From positions 24,681 to 88,680 of the forward strand of contig JAFSYJ010000039.1 in the NCBI GenBank assembly GCA_017450025.1: DNA of 64,000 nucleotides, given 5' to 3'. Made by a program: the position numbers and the translations under genes. This document shows, in pieces, positions 49,118 to 58,250 of the stretch. The notes beneath the pieces are model-generated. The model worked only from the letters and a program-made list of their open reading frames with translations. It ran no database searches and had not been told where the DNA came from. Position 1 is the first letter of the stretch. Every line of letters begins with the position of its first letter. This DNA is from Clostridia bacterium (lineage in GTDB: Bacteria > Bacillota > Clostridia > UMGS1883 > UMGS1540).

Positions 49118-51826
49118 ATGATTAAAAAGGTTTTAGTCTTGATGTTGACATTGTGTCTGCTTGCAGGTATAACTGTAATGCCTGCATACGCGGCAAAAAG
49201 CGGCACTTGCGGCGCTAATTTAACTTGGACTCTTGATGATAACGGCACACTCACAATAAGCGGCACGGGGGGTATAGAAAATTATAATAGACCCTGGTAT
49301 AATTACAGTTCATCAATAAAAACCGTCATTATTGAAAACGGTGTGACGAGTATTGGTGATCAGGCGTTTGAAAGTTGCACAAGCCTTGAAAGTGTAACAA
49401 TACCCGACAGCGTGACGAGTATTGGGAGGTATGCGTTTGCATATTGCACAAGCCTTACAAGCATAACAATACCCGGCGGAGTTACATATGATGAAACAGA
49501 ATTTATATCACACGGGGTGATGGTTATTGAAGAAGGCGCGTTTTGTGGCTGCACAAGTCTTGAAAGCGTAGAGATACCCGATAGTGTGACGGGTATTGGA
49601 TGGGATGCGTTTGGGGGTTGCGAAAGCCTTACAAGCGTAACAATACCCGACAGCGTGACCTGGATTGGTAGAGGTGCGTTTGCTATGTGTACCAACCTTA
49701 CAAGCGTAACGATACCTAACAGCGTTACGAGTATTGAAGAAGGCGCGTTTTGTGGCTGCACAAGTCTTGAAAGCGTAGAGATACCCGACAGCGTGACGGG
49801 TATTGGGGAATTTGCGTTTGAAAATTGCACAAACCTTACAAGCGTAACAATAGGTAACGGCGTGACGAGTATTGGAGATCGTGCGTTTAACAATTGCACA
49901 AGCCTTACAAGCGTAACAATCCCCGACAGCGTGACTAGTATTGGGGGATTTGCGTTTGAATATTGCACAAACCTTACAAGCGTAACAATAGGTAACGGCG
50001 TGACGAGTATTGGAGATGGTGCGTTTGAAGATTGCACAAGCCTTACCGAAGTAACGATACCGAATAGCGTGATGAGTATTGGAGATTGGGCTTTTGCCGA
50101 TTGTTTACGCCTTTCTGATGTCTTCTACGGTGGAAGCATAGAAGACTGGTTTAATGTTAGACTGGGATATGACAATGAAGCTCTCCGATACGCCACATTG
50201 TATTGTCATTATACAGATGAAGTTCTGATAAACATTATAGATAGCGGAGAATGTGGGGATAACTTAACTTGGACATTTGATGATAATGGCATCCTTATCA
50301 TAAGCGGCACGGGGGATATGTGGGACTACGAAGTGAATGATGAGGGATATAGTACATCTCCTTGGGAAGGATTGAAGTATTCAATAGAAAACATTATTAT
50401 TAGCAAGGGCGTTACAAGCGTTGGGAATAATGCTTTTTACAATTTTTACAATCTTAAAAGTATAAACATACCTGATAGTTTAATGAGTATTGGAAACGAA
50501 GCATTTCACTATTGTGAAAGTCTTATAAGACTTGACATACCCGACAGCGTGGTCAGTATCGGAGATTGTGCTTTTTGGCGGTGCAATAGCCTTGCTCAGG
50601 TTACAATCGGAAACAGCGTACAAAACATAGGAGAGTATGCTTTTAAAGAATGTATAAACCTTACATCTGTCACAATTCCTGACAGCGTAACTAAAATCGG
50701 AGACGGGGCGTTTGAATATTGTAGCGGTCTTACATATATAGATATACCCAATAGTGTGACAAGTATTGGTGACGAAGTGTTTTGCGGATGCGAAAGCCTG
50801 ATAAGCATCGATTTACCTGACATTATGACGAATATAGGAGATTGGTTGTTTGCAGGTTGCAGAAGCCTTGCAAAAATAGATATACCTGACGGTGCTACGG
50901 GTATTGGAGTCAATGCTTTTGGCAGTTGCACAAGCCTTACCGAAGTAACGATACCGAATAGCGTGATGAGTATTGGAGATTGGGCATTTATCGATTGTTC
51001 AAGCCTTACCGATGTATATTACGGCGGCAGCGAGGCTGACAGAGCAAATATCAGCATTGGTGATTATAATGATAATCTTAACAATGCCACATGGCATTAT
51101 GAGCCTATAGCAAACATTATAGACAGCGGCGAGTGCGGTGATAACCTTACTTGGACTCTTGATGATAACGGCACACTCACTATAAGCGGCACGGGGGATA
51201 TGTGGGATGGTCAGCCGTGGTACCAATATGGAGACAGTATTTTAAGTGTGAATATCAAACGCGGCGTCACGAGTATCGGAGAATGTGCGTTTGAATCTTG
51301 CAACAGAATTACAAGCGTAACGATACCCGACAGCGTAACGCTTGTTGGAAATCTGGCGTTTGAAAGTTGCAGTAGCCTTTCAAGCGTAACAATAGGTAAT
51401 AGCGTAACGAGTATTGGATATGGGGCGTTTGGCTGTTGCTCAAGCCTTAAGAGCGTAACAATACCCGACAGCGTTACGAGCATTGGACAATATGCGTTTG
51501 AAGCTTGCACAAGCCTTACAGATGTATATTACGGCGGAACGGAAGAAGATTGGAACGATATTTATATAGCTAGCTATAACGACTGTCTCTTAAGTACAAA
51601 TATACATTACGCTTCCGCGCCGTTAGCCGCTTTAGGCGATGTAAACGGTGACGGTGACATTGACTTTGCCGATGCGATACTCATTTTAAGGTATGACGCA
51701 GGCATAGCGCAAATCGACGACGATTATCTGACTGCGGCTGATGTAAACGGCGACGGTGATGTTGACTTTGCCGACGCGATACTTATTTTAAAGTATGACG
51801 CAGGGCTTATTCAAGCTTTTAATTAA
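49118..51826 (+). CDS. Secreted BspA-type leucine-rich-repeat protein with a C-terminal type-I dockerin
   Basis: Signal peptide MIKKVLVLMLTLCLLAGITVMPAYA. Three modules, each opened by CGxNLTWT(L/F)DDNGxLxISGTG, then about 23-aa LRR_5 units (VTIPDSVTSIGxxAFxxCTSLTS). Ends in duplicated DVNGDGD(I/V)DFADAILIL(R/K)YDAG dockerin segments. Start at the ATG at 49118 with GAAGAGGG upstream. Confidence 0.8.
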   Translation: MIKKVLVLMLTLCLLAGITVMPAYAAKSGTCGANLTWTLDDNGTLTISGTGGIENYNRPWYNYSSSIKTVIIENGVTSIGDQAFESCTSLESVTIPDSVTSIGRYAFAYCTSLTSITIPGGVTYDETEFISHGVMVIEEGAFCGCTSLESVEIPDSVTGIGWDAFGGCESLTSVTIPDSVTWIGRGAFAMCTNLTSVTIPNSVTSIEEGAFCGCTSLESVEIPDSVTGIGEFAFENCTNLTSVTIGNGVTSIGDRAFNNCTSLTSVTIPDSVTSIGGFAFEYCTNLTSVTIGNGVTSIGDGAFEDCTSLTEVTIPNSVMSIGDWAFADCLRLSDVFYGGSIEDWFNVRLGYDNEALRYATLYCHYTDEVLINIIDSGECGDNLTWTFDDNGILIISGTGDMWDYEVNDEGYSTSPWEGLKYSIENIIISKGVTSVGNNAFYNFYNLKSINIPDSLMSIGNEAFHYCESLIRLDIPDSVVSIGDCAFWRCNSLAQVTIGNSVQNIGEYAFKECINLTSVTIPDSVTKIGDGAFEYCSGLTYIDIPNSVTSIGDEVFCGCESLISIDLPDIMTNIGDWLFAGCRSLAKIDIPDGATGIGVNAFGSCTSLTEVTIPNSVMSIGDWAFIDCSSLTDVYYGGSEADRANISIGDYNDNLNNATWHYEPIANIIDSGECGDNLTWTLDDNGTLTISGTGDMWDGQPWYQYGDSILSVNIKRGVTSIGECAFESCNRITSVTIPDSVTLVGNLAFESCSSLSSVTIGNSVTSIGYGAFGCCSSLKSVTIPDSVTSIGQYAFEACTSLTDVYYGGTEEDWNDIYIASYNDCLLSTNIHYASAPLAALGDVNGDGDIDFADAILILRYDAGIAQIDDDYLTAADVNGDGDVDFADAILILKYDAGLIQAFN

Positions 51827-51846
51827 AAATCTTAGACAATACAAAA

Positions 51847-51890
51847 AATACCACATCAAAGGCACAAGCCAATGATGTGGTATTATTTTG
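51847..51890. terminator. Hairpin terminator between the LRR-dockerin gene and the convergent zinc-ribbon gene
   Basis: AATACCACATCA-(14 nt)-TGATGTGGTATT followed by ATTTT. The reverse complement is followed by TTTTTT. Confidence 0.4.
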
Positions 51891-51975
51891 TTCCGTTGCA
51901 GAGAACTGAGATTAAAAACCTGCTGTTCTCCATAAGCGTCTTGTTCGTAACCTAATAAACACTCAAAGCGAGAGA

Positions 51976-52245
51976 TTATTTTTGGTTTGCGAAGCATTCA
52001 CTGCAGTAAATAGGTCTGTCGTTCTTCGGAATGAACGGAACTTTAGCTTCTTTACCGCAAGCAGCACATACAGCTGTATGCATTTCGCGATTTTCGCGAA
52101 TAGCCTGTTTCTTAGCTATGCGGCATTCCTTGCAACGAAGCGGTTCATTCTGAAAACCCTTTTCAGCATAGAATTCCTGTTCACCGGCTGTGAAAACGAA
52201 TTCTTTACCGCAGTCTTTGCAGACTAATGTCTTGTCTTCGAACAT
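51976..52245 (-). CDS. Small zinc-ribbon protein (two CxxC pairs, twice)
   Basis: CKDCG...CKEC and CAACG...CSEC. Start set at the ATG at 52243-52245 with a GAGGAG RBS. The longer track ORF would translate through the tRNA-like element. Confidence 0.6.
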   Translation of the reverse strand: MFEDKTLVCKDCGKEFVFTAGEQEFYAEKGFQNEPLRCKECRIAKKQAIRENREMHTAVCAACGKEAKVPFIPKNDRPIYCSECFANQK

Positions 52246-52280
52246 ATACTGATCTCCTCTCACTTTGATAATTGTTTTTG

Positions 52281-52345
52281 CCTCATACCGGAATCGAACC
52301 GGACTCCTCCGCGAAACGGTGCTCACCGTGAGCTGAAAGGCATAT
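52281..52345 (-). other. tRNA-like remnant (T-arm plus acceptor-like ends, about 62 nt), probably a degenerate or truncated tRNA
   Basis: Minus strand: GCCTTTCAGCTCACGGTGAGCACCGTTTCGCGGAGGAGTCCGGTTCGATTCCGGTATGAGGC. It contains a canonical GGTTCGATTCC T-arm and partially pairing termini, but is too short for a D-arm and a standard anticodon arm. It lies 3 nt downstream of tRNA-Gly. Confidence 0.3.
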
Positions 52346-52348
52346 ATC

Positions 52349-52422
52349 TGGAGCGGGTAACGGGGATCGAACCCGCACGGCCGGCTTGGGAAGCCGGTAC
52401 TCTACCATTGAGCTATACCCGC
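52349..52422 (-). tRNA. tRNA-Gly (anticodon CCC)
   Basis: GCGGGTATAGCTCAATGGTAGAGTACCGGCTTCCCAAGCCGGCCGTGCGGGTTCGATCCCCGTTACCCGCTCCA folds as a cloverleaf: 7-bp acceptor, D-arm GCTC/GAGT, anticodon stem CCGGC/GCCGG with loop TTCCCAA, T-arm GCGGG-TTCGATC-CCCGT. CCA is encoded. Confidence 0.85.
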
Positions 52423-53048
52423 ATTTTTTCGATCTTTTTTTTAATTCGCTGCAGAGCATTGTCAATGGACTTATAATTTTTTTGTAAAATATCGCCTATT
52501 TCCTGATATGTTTTGCCCTGTAAGTAGTACGCCAGAACCTCGCGTTCAAAGGAACTTAATTCCTTTGCAAGGCTTTGCTCCATACTTTTATACTGTTCCT
52601 GACCGATAATTATATCCTCGGGGTTTGCAATCTTTTCATCGCTGCCGATAACATCCATCAGCGTAACCTCATATTCCTCGTCAAAAAGCGGTCTGTCAAG
52701 AGAAATATAAGAATTGAGCGGAGCGTGCTTTTGCCGCGTGGCACTTTTAATGGCGGTAATCATCTGCCTTGTAATGCAAAGCTCGGCAAAAGCGCGGAAG
52801 CCCGATTGTTTTTCAGGATTATAGCTTTGTATAGCTTTAAAAAGCCCTATCATTCCTTCCTGTACAATGTCCTCATGATCAGCTCCTACAAGAAAATATG
52901 TTCTCGCCTTTCTGCGAACCAAAACACTGTACTTCTTAAGAAGAAAATCTAAAGCTATGTTGTTTCCATTATTCGATAATTCTGCAAGCTGTTCGTCGGA
53001 CAGCTCTGCGGGGTCAAATTTAATATTTTTTTTATTGTCAGTTTCCAT
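52413..53048 (-). CDS. sigH: RNA polymerase sporulation sigma factor SigH
   Basis: Sigma-70 regions 2 and 4 (EDIVQEGMIGLFKAI, TYQEIGDILQKNYKSIDNALQRIKKK), about 210 aa, characteristic of Firmicutes SigH. Start taken at METDNKKN (ATG 53046-53048). Its last 3 codons plus stop overlap the 5' end of tRNA-Gly. Confidence 0.8.
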   Translation of the reverse strand: METDNKKNIKFDPAELSDEQLAELSNNGNNIALDFLLKKYSVLVRRKARTYFLVGADHEDIVQEGMIGLFKAIQSYNPEKQSGFRAFAELCITRQMITAIKSATRQKHAPLNSYISLDRPLFDEEYEVTLMDVIGSDEKIANPEDIIIGQEQYKSMEQSLAKELSSFEREVLAYYLQGKTYQEIGDILQKNYKSIDNALQRIKKKIEKMRV

Positions 53049-53215
53049 AAAAAACACTCCCGAACTTGTCCGACTGTTCACATTATATACAATTATTTAT
53101 TTTTTGTCAAGGTTATTTTATATTTTGTATTAAAATGACTAATTTTTTTTTGCAAAATTTGTGAATTTTATTCAAATTTTTGCAGAAAATAGATAAAAAA
53201 GAAAGGAAAACGGAT

Positions 53216-55159
53216 ATGAAAAGAACAAAAATAATTATATTTTCAATTATGGCAGCCGTGTGCCTTGCAGTCAATGCGTTTGCGGCTGTGTATTATACCT
53301 CATCATCAAGCTCCGTATATAATTCAGACGGCGTATCGCAGTCAAAATCGGTTGTCTCCTCCCCGATAGGCGGCAATATCGTTTTTAAAACATACCCGGG
53401 ATTTGACAGGGGCGAAAAAATGTTCTCGGGAGCTGTTTTTGACGGCAGCAAAATATGGTTTGTGCCGTTCAACTACAGCAAGGCGGCGTCGATAACGCGC
53501 TCGGGAGATGCTGAAACTTTCACTCTGCCGTCATCAGGCAGCGAAATGTACTGGGGCGGAACATTTGACGGACAGAACATATATTTTGCGCCGTATAACG
53601 CCGAATATATCCTGCAGATAAACCCCGAAAGCAGCGAATGCAACGAAATAACAAGCTACAGCACAGGAAATTCACACTACAAAGGCGCCGTATTTGACGG
53701 AGAATTCGTGTGGTTTATACCGTCTGATAACAAAACCGTACTTTGTATGGATTCACTCGGGGAAATAGCTGAATACGAAATCCCGTACGATATATCGACG
53801 GACAACGCATTTTCGGGCGGTTTGCTCGCGCACGAAAAAATCTACTTTATACCTGACTTGTACCGCGAAAAAATAGTTGTTTTAAACAGGAACACGGGTG
53901 AATTTTCGACAGTTGAAGCAGAACTCCCCGAATCTTACAGCGGCGGTGTATTTGACGGCGATACAGTTTATTTTTTGCCAAAGAATAAAGGCGGAATACT
54001 GTCCGTAAATTACGAAACAGGCAATATAGCGACAAGCACAATGGGCGAATCCGTTCCTGACGGCGCGCAGTTTTCGGGCGGCGCGTTTGACGGCAGATTT
54101 ATTTGGCTCGCACCACTTGCAGGCGGCTGCGTTTTGTCATATGACATATTTGAAGATGATTATATGATGTATAAGCCCGAAAGTGAAGGCGAAAGCTGGT
54201 TTTCAGGCTGTTTTGACGGTACAAATGTCTGGTTTGCGCCGTATAACGCACAGTCGCCTCTGCGGATAAGCGGAGATAATACTCCTCCTGCCGCTATGAA
54301 TATTTTTCTGACGACGACAACCGAATCGCCTATATCATCGGAGCTTGCGGCATCTGACGAAGACGAAGGCGACACAATAACATTTCATATTGTCAAAGAA
54401 GGCAGTCTCGGACTTGTAAATCTTGACTCTGAAACAGGAAATTTCACCTACACGCCAAACGGCAATGCGGGAACTGACACATTTTTATACAATGCCTCCG
54501 ACGGCAAAAACAACTCAAACACAGCGGCCGTGACAATAAATATTCTGGAAACTGCCAATATTCAAACGGGAAGATATATCGACCTTTGGGGGCATTGGGC
54601 AGAAGAAGCCGCAAATTACCTGACTGACAATTCTGTGCTTTTGGGCGAGAATGTTGACGATTTTTATTACTTTTACCCTGATTATACAATGAACAGAGCC
54701 AATTTTATTGTATGGGCAAATTCAGCCTTTGGGTATCAGGGTTCAATGACTGACAACACCTTGCCTTTTGCGGACACGGAAAGCGCCCCCGAGTGGGTAA
54801 AAATGGCGGCGTCGGGCGCGTACCACGCCAAAATCGTCTTTGGCTCGGCAGACGGTGGAAAGCTGTACTTTAAACCTTACGAAAACCTCACCCGTGTCGA
54901 AGCATTGACGATTTTGTATAACGCAATAAGACCTGATAAAGCACCAAACGAGCCGCTTGCGTTTGCCGACCGTGATTCCTTCCCCGACTGGGCTGTTGAA
55001 ACTTTTAAATCGCTCAAGTCAATAGGTATGCTTAAGGGTTACGAGGATAATACCGTAAGACCTTATAATACTGTTTCGCGCGCTGAGGCAGCACAGCTTT
55101 TGTATGAAGCCTTGCGCTATATGGAGGGCAACAACGGCGTTAAGGAAAGATTAAAATAG
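53216..55159 (+). CDS. SLH-anchored surface protein with seven GG-x-FDG-x3-(I/V)-(W/Y)-F-x-P repeats (putative beta-propeller), an Ig/cadherin-like module and C-terminal SLH repeats
   Basis: Signal peptide MKRTKIIIFSIMAAVCLAVNAFA. Seven repeats spaced about 45 aa apart (SGAVFDGSKIWFVPFN, WGGTFDGQNIYFAPYN, KGAVFDGEFVWFIPSD, SGGLLAHEKIYFIPD, SGGVFDGDTVYFLPKN, SGGAFDGRFIWLAPL, SGCFDGTNVWFAPYN). C-terminal SLH motifs. Start at the ATG at 53216 with GAAAGGAAAA upstream. Confidence 0.75.
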   Translation: MKRTKIIIFSIMAAVCLAVNAFAAVYYTSSSSSVYNSDGVSQSKSVVSSPIGGNIVFKTYPGFDRGEKMFSGAVFDGSKIWFVPFNYSKAASITRSGDAETFTLPSSGSEMYWGGTFDGQNIYFAPYNAEYILQINPESSECNEITSYSTGNSHYKGAVFDGEFVWFIPSDNKTVLCMDSLGEIAEYEIPYDISTDNAFSGGLLAHEKIYFIPDLYREKIVVLNRNTGEFSTVEAELPESYSGGVFDGDTVYFLPKNKGGILSVNYETGNIATSTMGESVPDGAQFSGGAFDGRFIWLAPLAGGCVLSYDIFEDDYMMYKPESEGESWFSGCFDGTNVWFAPYNAQSPLRISGDNTPPAAMNIFLTTTTESPISSELAASDEDEGDTITFHIVKEGSLGLVNLDSETGNFTYTPNGNAGTDTFLYNASDGKNNSNTAAVTINILETANIQTGRYIDLWGHWAEEAANYLTDNSVLLGENVDDFYYFYPDYTMNRANFIVWANSAFGYQGSMTDNTLPFADTESAPEWVKMAASGAYHAKIVFGSADGGKLYFKPYENLTRVEALTILYNAIRPDKAPNEPLAFADRDSFPDWAVETFKSLKSIGMLKGYEDNTVRPYNTVSRAEAAQLLYEALRYMEGNNGVKERLK

Positions 55160-55208
55160 CGGCTTATCAAAATAAAAGCGCCTGTATTTTTATGCCTTAA
55201 CAAAAATA

Positions 55209-55246
55209 CGGCAACACGACTGTAAAATTGTGTTGCCGTAATTTTT
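55209..55246. terminator. Bidirectional terminator between the SLH-propeller gene and the HIT gene
   Basis: CGGCAACAC-(12 nt)-GTGTTGCCG with T-runs on both strands. Confidence 0.5.
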
Positions 55247-55264
55247 ATACAGTAATTATTTTAA

Positions 55265-55606
55265 TCAACCCGGAGGCCATTGCATACTTCTTCCGCCGAG
55301 GACATGAAAATGCAGATGCTTTACTGTTTGCTGACCGTTTTCACCGCAGTTGTTTACTACTCTGTAACCGCCGTCGGCAATTCCCAAATCCTTTGTAATT
55401 TTTGCAATAACCGCAAAGATGTGCGCCACAACAGCAGCATTTTCTTCCGTCAGGTCGTTTGCACTTGCAATATGCTCTTTTGGAATTACAAGAAAATGCA
55501 CGGGCGCCTGTGGGCTTATATCGTAAAAAGCGTAAACCTTATCGTCTTCATACACTTTTTTTGAAGGAATTTCGCCGTTTATAATTGAACAAAATAAGCA
55601 ATCCAT
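55265..55606 (-). CDS. HIT family (histidine triad) nucleotide hydrolase
   Basis: HxHxHxx motif (HLHFHVLGG). 113 aa. GGTGGA RBS. Confidence 0.85.
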   Translation of the reverse strand: MDCLFCSIINGEIPSKKVYEDDKVYAFYDISPQAPVHFLVIPKEHIASANDLTEENAAVVAHIFAVIAKITKDLGIADGGYRVVNNCGENGQQTVKHLHFHVLGGRSMQWPPG

Positions 55607-55616
55607 AATTTTCCAC

Positions 55617-58250
55617 CTACTTTAATTGTCCTGCAACAAGCTCGTCAACTATTGCAAGTGCGTTGTCAAGCTTTGCAATATCCTTACCGCCTGCCTGAGC
55701 GTTATCGGGTCTGCCACCACCGCCGCCGCCGCAGATTTTAGCAACCTCTTTTAGAATGTTACCTGCGTGAACGCCCTTTGAAACCGCGTCTTTTGTCGCC
55801 ATTGCAACAAATGTGATTTTTCCGTCTAAAACGCTCGCAAGAACAGCCAAGCTGCACGGGAATTTGTCCTTAACCTTATCTCCCATACTGCGAAGCTCGT
55901 TTATGTCAAGACCTTCAAGTCCTGCACATACAATTTTGACATCGCCGACCGTTCTGATGTTTGTCATAACATTATCCATCATGCCGCCTGCCATTTTAGC
56001 ACGCAGTGCGGAAAAATCTTTTTGCATTTCCTTATGCTGCGCGATAAACGCGTTAAGCTTTTCAAGCACATCGGAAGGCGTCGTTTTAAGAACCTGTGCA
56101 ACCGAGTTGACCTTATTGTCGAGTTCTTCAAGCATTTTTAGAACGCCCTCGCCCGTTATAGCTTCAATCCTGCGTACGCCTGCAGCAACGCCCGATTCGG
56201 AAATAATTTTGCAAAATCCGATTTCGCTCGTATTATCAATATGTGTACCGCCGCAAAGCTCGATTGAATAGCCGCCCATATCAATAACTCTTACCGTTTT
56301 GCCGTACTTTTCGCCGAACAACGCTCTTGCGCCTGTTTTTTCGGCGTCTTCAATGCTCATTTCGGTCTTTGAAACAGGCATAGCCGCCAAAATCTTTTCG
56401 TTTACAATTCTCTGAACCTTTGTCATTTCTTCAAACGATAAAGCCTCAAAATGGTTAAAGTCAAAGCGCAGTCTTTCGTTATTTACAGACGAGCCTGCCT
56501 GACTTATGTGGCTGCCGAGTACATCTGTCAACGCCTGCTGCAAAAGATGCGTTGCGCTATGGTTACGCGCTGTTGCGGCACGCCTTGCGCAGTCGATTTC
56601 AAGGCTGACCTCCGCGCCCTCAAACAATGTTCCCTCTGTTATGTTTACAAAATGAATAATCTTGCCGTCAGGGCGTTTTTTGGTGTCGTAAACCTCGGCT
56701 TTAAAGCCGTCGGCATACATTACACCCGTGTCGCCTGCCTGTCCGCCCGACTCGCCGTAAAAAACAGTTCTGTCAAGCAGTACAGCCGCGTCTGCCCCAT
56801 CAGAAGCTTCTTTGGCAAACTCGCCGTTTACGGTAAGTGCAATAACCTTACCCTTACCTTTGACTTCGGTATATCCATCGAATTCTGTTTTGATATTTTT
56901 ATCCAAAGCGTCAAAAGCCTCAACACTCCAGCCTGCGTTTTCCATATCGCCGCGTGCAGCTCTTGCGCGCTCGCGCTGAATCTGCATTTCCTCAGCAAAG
57001 CCCTTTTCATCAACGCCGAGACCTTTTTCGGCGAGGATTTCAATAGTCAGGTCGAGCGGAAAGCCGTAGGTGTCATAAAGTCTGAACGCGTCTTCGGCGC
57101 TCATTGTCTTTTCGCCATTTTTCTCAAGGTCTGCAATCAATTCTGAAACAAGGCTGAGACCTGTATCGATAGTCTCCTCAAAACGCTTTTCCTCTATTTC
57201 AATTATTTTTTTGATATAGTCTTTCTTCTGTTCAAGCTCAGGGTATGCGCTTGCTGATTCGTGAATAACAACATCGGCAATATCCGACAGGAACGCGCCT
57301 TTTATTCCGAGAAGTCTGCCGTGACGCGCACCGCGTCTTAACAGACGGCGGAGAACATATCCCCTGCCCTCGTTTGACGGCGAAACATTGTCAGAAATCA
57401 GGAAAACAGTACTTCTGATATGGTCGGTTACAACGCGCAGAGAGACATCTGTTTTGGGGTCTTTTCCGTACTCAACGCCCGCGCGCTTTGAGATGGCAGT
57501 CATAATATTTTTTATGGTATCAACCTCAAAAAGATTTGAAACGCCCTGCATTATAGCCGCAATTCTCTCAAGTCCCATACCCGTATCAATGTTCGGGTGA
57601 GCCAAACGGTTGTAGTTGCCGTTTTCGTCCTTATCAAACTGTGTGAATACAAGATTCCAAAACTCAACAAAGCGGTCACAGTCACAGCCGACATGGCAGT
57701 CGGAACTGCCGCAGCCTGCCTCAGGTCCTCTGTCGTAGTAGATTTCTGAACAAGGACCGCACGGACCTGTGCCTATCTCCCAAAAATTATCCTCTTTGCC
57801 CATACGGACAATTCTGTCCTTCGGAACTATTTTGCTCCATATTTCTTCAGCTTCGTCATCATCTTCATAGATGGTTACCCAAAGCCTGTCCTTGTCAATC
57901 TTAAGATCCTCCGTTATAAATTCCCACGCCCACGGAATAACCTCTTTTTTGAAATAATCGCCAAACGAAAAGTTGCCGAGCATCTCAAAGAAAGTACCGT
58001 GGCGCGCAGTTTTACCAACGCGTTCAATGTCGGGTGTTCTGATACACTTTTGGCAGGTTGTAACCCTCTCCCTCGGCGGAACCTCTTTGCCTGTAAAATA
58101 AGGCTTAAGCGGTGCCATACCCGCATTTATCAAAAGAAGGCTGTTATCGTTTATCGGAACAAGCGGAAAGCTTTTAAGCCGCAAATGTCCCTTGCCTTCA
58201 AAAAAAGATAAAAACCTTTCTCTTATTTCATTAAGTCCCATATACTCCAT
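55617..58250 (-). CDS. alaS: Alanine--tRNA ligase
   Basis: 877 aa. N-terminal EIRERFLSFFEGKGH, class II motifs, an editing domain with the HxxxH...CGGTH motif (HSATHLL, CGGTHI) and a C-terminal DHHA1 region. Confidence 0.95.
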   Translation of the reverse strand: MEYMGLNEIRERFLSFFEGKGHLRLKSFPLVPINDNSLLLINAGMAPLKPYFTGKEVPPRERVTTCQKCIRTPDIERVGKTARHGTFFEMLGNFSFGDYFKKEVIPWAWEFITEDLKIDKDRLWVTIYEDDDEAEEIWSKIVPKDRIVRMGKEDNFWEIGTGPCGPCSEIYYDRGPEAGCGSSDCHVGCDCDRFVEFWNLVFTQFDKDENGNYNRLAHPNIDTGMGLERIAAIMQGVSNLFEVDTIKNIMTAISKRAGVEYGKDPKTDVSLRVVTDHIRSTVFLISDNVSPSNEGRGYVLRRLLRRGARHGRLLGIKGAFLSDIADVVIHESASAYPELEQKKDYIKKIIEIEEKRFEETIDTGLSLVSELIADLEKNGEKTMSAEDAFRLYDTYGFPLDLTIEILAEKGLGVDEKGFAEEMQIQRERARAARGDMENAGWSVEAFDALDKNIKTEFDGYTEVKGKGKVIALTVNGEFAKEASDGADAAVLLDRTVFYGESGGQAGDTGVMYADGFKAEVYDTKKRPDGKIIHFVNITEGTLFEGAEVSLEIDCARRAATARNHSATHLLQQALTDVLGSHISQAGSSVNNERLRFDFNHFEALSFEEMTKVQRIVNEKILAAMPVSKTEMSIEDAEKTGARALFGEKYGKTVRVIDMGGYSIELCGGTHIDNTSEIGFCKIISESGVAAGVRRIEAITGEGVLKMLEELDNKVNSVAQVLKTTPSDVLEKLNAFIAQHKEMQKDFSALRAKMAGGMMDNVMTNIRTVGDVKIVCAGLEGLDINELRSMGDKVKDKFPCSLAVLASVLDGKITFVAMATKDAVSKGVHAGNILKEVAKICGGGGGGRPDNAQAGGKDIAKLDNALAIVDELVAGQLK

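Noticed and set aside
49360-51510. Several long minus-strand ORFs (225, 111, 99 and 75 aa) full of PILVTLSGIVTLVRL-like repeats
   Set aside because: They are antisense translations of the LRR repeat units of the dockerin protein. Their periodicity mirrors the sense-strand repeats, and none has an RBS. They are repeat-driven artifacts.
52246-52326. Longer 116-aa version of the zinc-ribbon ORF starting at 52326 (MSTVSRRSPVRFRYE...)
   Set aside because: The extra N-terminal 27 codons are a translation of the tRNA-like element. The ATG at 52243-52245 has a strong GAGGAG RBS and begins the conserved CxxC module.
52281-52345. Calling the 62-nt element a genuine second tRNA gene
   Set aside because: It is too short for D and anticodon arms, and I could not derive a consistent cloverleaf or anticodon. 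It is kept only as a tRNA-like remnant, pending covariance-model analysis.
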